Shown here: positions 62,474 to 64,000 of the stretch, in pieces
Position numbering within the stretch: position 1 is the first letter of the stretch
How the letters are laid out: every line of letters begins with the position of its first letter
Assembly: GCA_965242925.1 (NCBI GenBank)
Contig: CBDEUM010000022.1
Coordinates: 160,001 to 224,000, forward strand
Reading direction: 5' to 3'
From: Roseibacillus sp.
GTDB lineage: Bacteria > Verrucomicrobiota > Verrucomicrobiia > Verrucomicrobiales > Akkermansiaceae
DNA length: 64,000 bases
Notes under the pieces: generated by a model
What the model was told of the DNA's origin: nothing
Seen by the model: only the letters and a program-made list of their open reading frames with translations
Databases searched by the model: none
Position numbers and translations under genes: made by a program

Positions 62474-63010
62474 TTGATGAACTGCTTATTTCCCAGCTGC
62501 ACCCCCTTGAATCTCGTTACGACGGCCTTGGCGATTGCCATCCCGCTGGCGGGCTGCAGCGGAGGCAGGGGGATCTCCTCCAGCGCTTCCTACAATCCCG
62601 GATACGGTCCCTTCGACCAGAACGGCAACTACGTGGAGGCCTGGGCCGACAAGCCGGCGCAACAGCATCGCTGGGGAACCACGCCGGTCCCACCGGAGCC
62701 TGCTCCCCAACTGGTCGTCAGAAAAGATCCCCCGGTGCCGACCAGCCGGAAGAAACCTACGGGAAAGCGCCCACCCCTCGTGGCCTCCCAGGCACCTCCC
62801 TCCCGGCCGGCTCCCGTAGTGCAAGCCAAACCCCGGCCCGCTTCCCCCAAACCGACACCCAAGCCGACGATTCGCCATACCGTGGTCAAGGGCAACACCC
62901 TCTACTCCCTGGGCCGCCGCTATGGCACTTCGGTCGGCGCCATTCAGCGGGCGAATGGAATCAGGGGGACCACCATCCGCATCGGCCAGAAACTCAGGAT
63001 TCCCAGATAA
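62474..63010 (+). CDS. LysM-domain lipoprotein
   Basis: lipobox LAGC; Pro-rich linker; HTVVKGNTLYSLGRRYG..IQRANG. Confidence 0.88.
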   Translation: MMNCLFPSCTPLNLVTTALAIAIPLAGCSGGRGISSSASYNPGYGPFDQNGNYVEAWADKPAQQHRWGTTPVPPEPAPQLVVRKDPPVPTSRKKPTGKRPPLVASQAPPSRPAPVVQAKPRPASPKPTPKPTIRHTVVKGNTLYSLGRRYGTSVGAIQRANGIRGTTIRIGQKLRIPR

Positions 63011-63041
63011 GGCCCCAGCCGCTGGCCCCGGCTTGTTCTGT

Positions 63042-64000
63042 TCAACTCCCGGGCGAAACGCTCTTCCCGCCCGACTGTCCTTCCAGCGACCCCGTCTTTC
63101 CCTTCAGGCCAGCCACCACGAAGGCCGCTCCGATGGCGTACATGAAGATCGAATAAAACTGGCCCTTGGTCAGGAACCCTTCGATCACCCAGTCCGAATC
63201 GGGTTCACGGAACTGCTCCGCCACAATGCGGAAGGTCGCGTAAAGGACAAAGAAGGACCCCGTGATCACCCCATGCCCCAGGTTCCGGAACCTCAGGCGC
63301 AGGACAGACAGGATCGCGAAGAGGCCCAGCCCCTCCAGGAAGGCCTGGTAGAGTTGCGACGGATGACGGGTCTGCACGTAGGTTCCGAACACCTCAAGAA
63401 TGGCGGGATTCTCCCTGCTCGCGTCCAGCGCACCTTCCAGAAGTTGCCCTTTACCGGTTGAAGGACTGGCGAGATAGCCATCCCACAGTGCTGCCAGACG
63501 TTCAGGCTCGGCCTCCACCGCCTCTCTCATGGCCTTGTAAAAGCGGTCCTCGTTCCCCTCCCCCAGCAACTCCTTGGGAAACTTCATCCCCACCGCCGCA
63601 CCGGTTACTCTGCCATAGAGTTCACCATTGATGAAGTTGGCAATCCGGCCAAAGAAGATTCCCAGGGTGGAGACGATCACCAACCCGTCTCCCACTCCCG
63701 TCCAGGAGCACCCGGCACGACGGGCATAGAAATAGGTGAAGATGGTCAATCCCACAATGCCGCCATGACTCGACATCCCTCCCTTCCATACCTGCAGGAT
63801 CACGAGAGGGTTCTCCAGCACGTAACCGACCCCGCTCTCGGGAATCATGTATAAAAGAACGTAACCCAGCCGACCGCCAAGGAAGACTCCGAAGAGCGCC
63901 GCGTAGGCAACAAAATCAGCAACCTTCTCGGGTTGCACCACCCACAGCCCCTTCCGCGCCAGCCACTTCAGTCCGAAGTAGCCCACAATGAACCCTGCAA
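63042..64000 (-). CDS. lgt: prolipoprotein diacylglyceryl transferase (5'-truncated by the window edge)
   Basis: GGRLGY, GGMSSHGG, GRIANFINGELYGR, HPSQLY, EQFREPD, GQ. Confidence 0.95.
   Translation of the reverse strand, partial: AGFIVGYFGLKWLARKGLWVVQPEKVADFVAYAALFGVFLGGRLGYVLLYMIPESGVGYVLENPLVILQVWKGGMSSHGGIVGLTIFTYFYARRAGCSWTGVGDGLVIVSTLGIFFGRIANFINGELYGRVTGAAVGMKFPKELLGEGNEDRFYKAMREAVEAEPERLAALWDGYLASPSTGKGQLLEGALDASRENPAILEVFGTYVQTRHPSQLYQAFLEGLGLFAILSVLRLRFRNLGHGVITGSFFVLYATFRIVAEQFREPDSDWVIEGFLTKGQFYSIFMYAIGAAFVVAGLKGKTGSLEGQSGGKSVSPGS

Overview
GC-rich bacterial chromosomal window. Gene style suggests Verrucomicrobiota, probably Akkermansiaceae/Roseibacillus-like (inference from archaeal-type ProRS, grpE-dnaJ-rsmE without dnaK, and many SHD1/PQQ, DUF1080, CotH-LTD and FGE-like secreted proteins). 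It holds about 50 CDS and one tRNA-Arg(CCT). Housekeeping genes: recQ-like, proS, ABC-F, cimA, rsmE, dnaJ, grpE, fur, argH, lgt. Accessory blocks: (i) a putative secreted trypsin / CxxCH protein / gingipain-like C25 operon; (ii) a glycan-degradation block beside the tRNA with an acetylesterase, a frameshifted propeller glycosidase and a PL2-like pectate lyase; (iii) an LPS/LOS locus with an LpxL fusion, ELM1/GtrOC1, GT4, a lower-GC NTase-kinase/kinase/methyltransferase/YrbL module, a deacetylase and msbA; (iv) an uncharacterised sugar catabolic cluster. Several unrelated secreted proteins share a terminal beta-rich module ending in an aromatic-x-R motif, a candidate export or anchoring signal. 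No CRISPR array, rRNA, transposase, integrase or reverse transcriptase was seen. All family calls rest on motif recognition by eye, not database searches.
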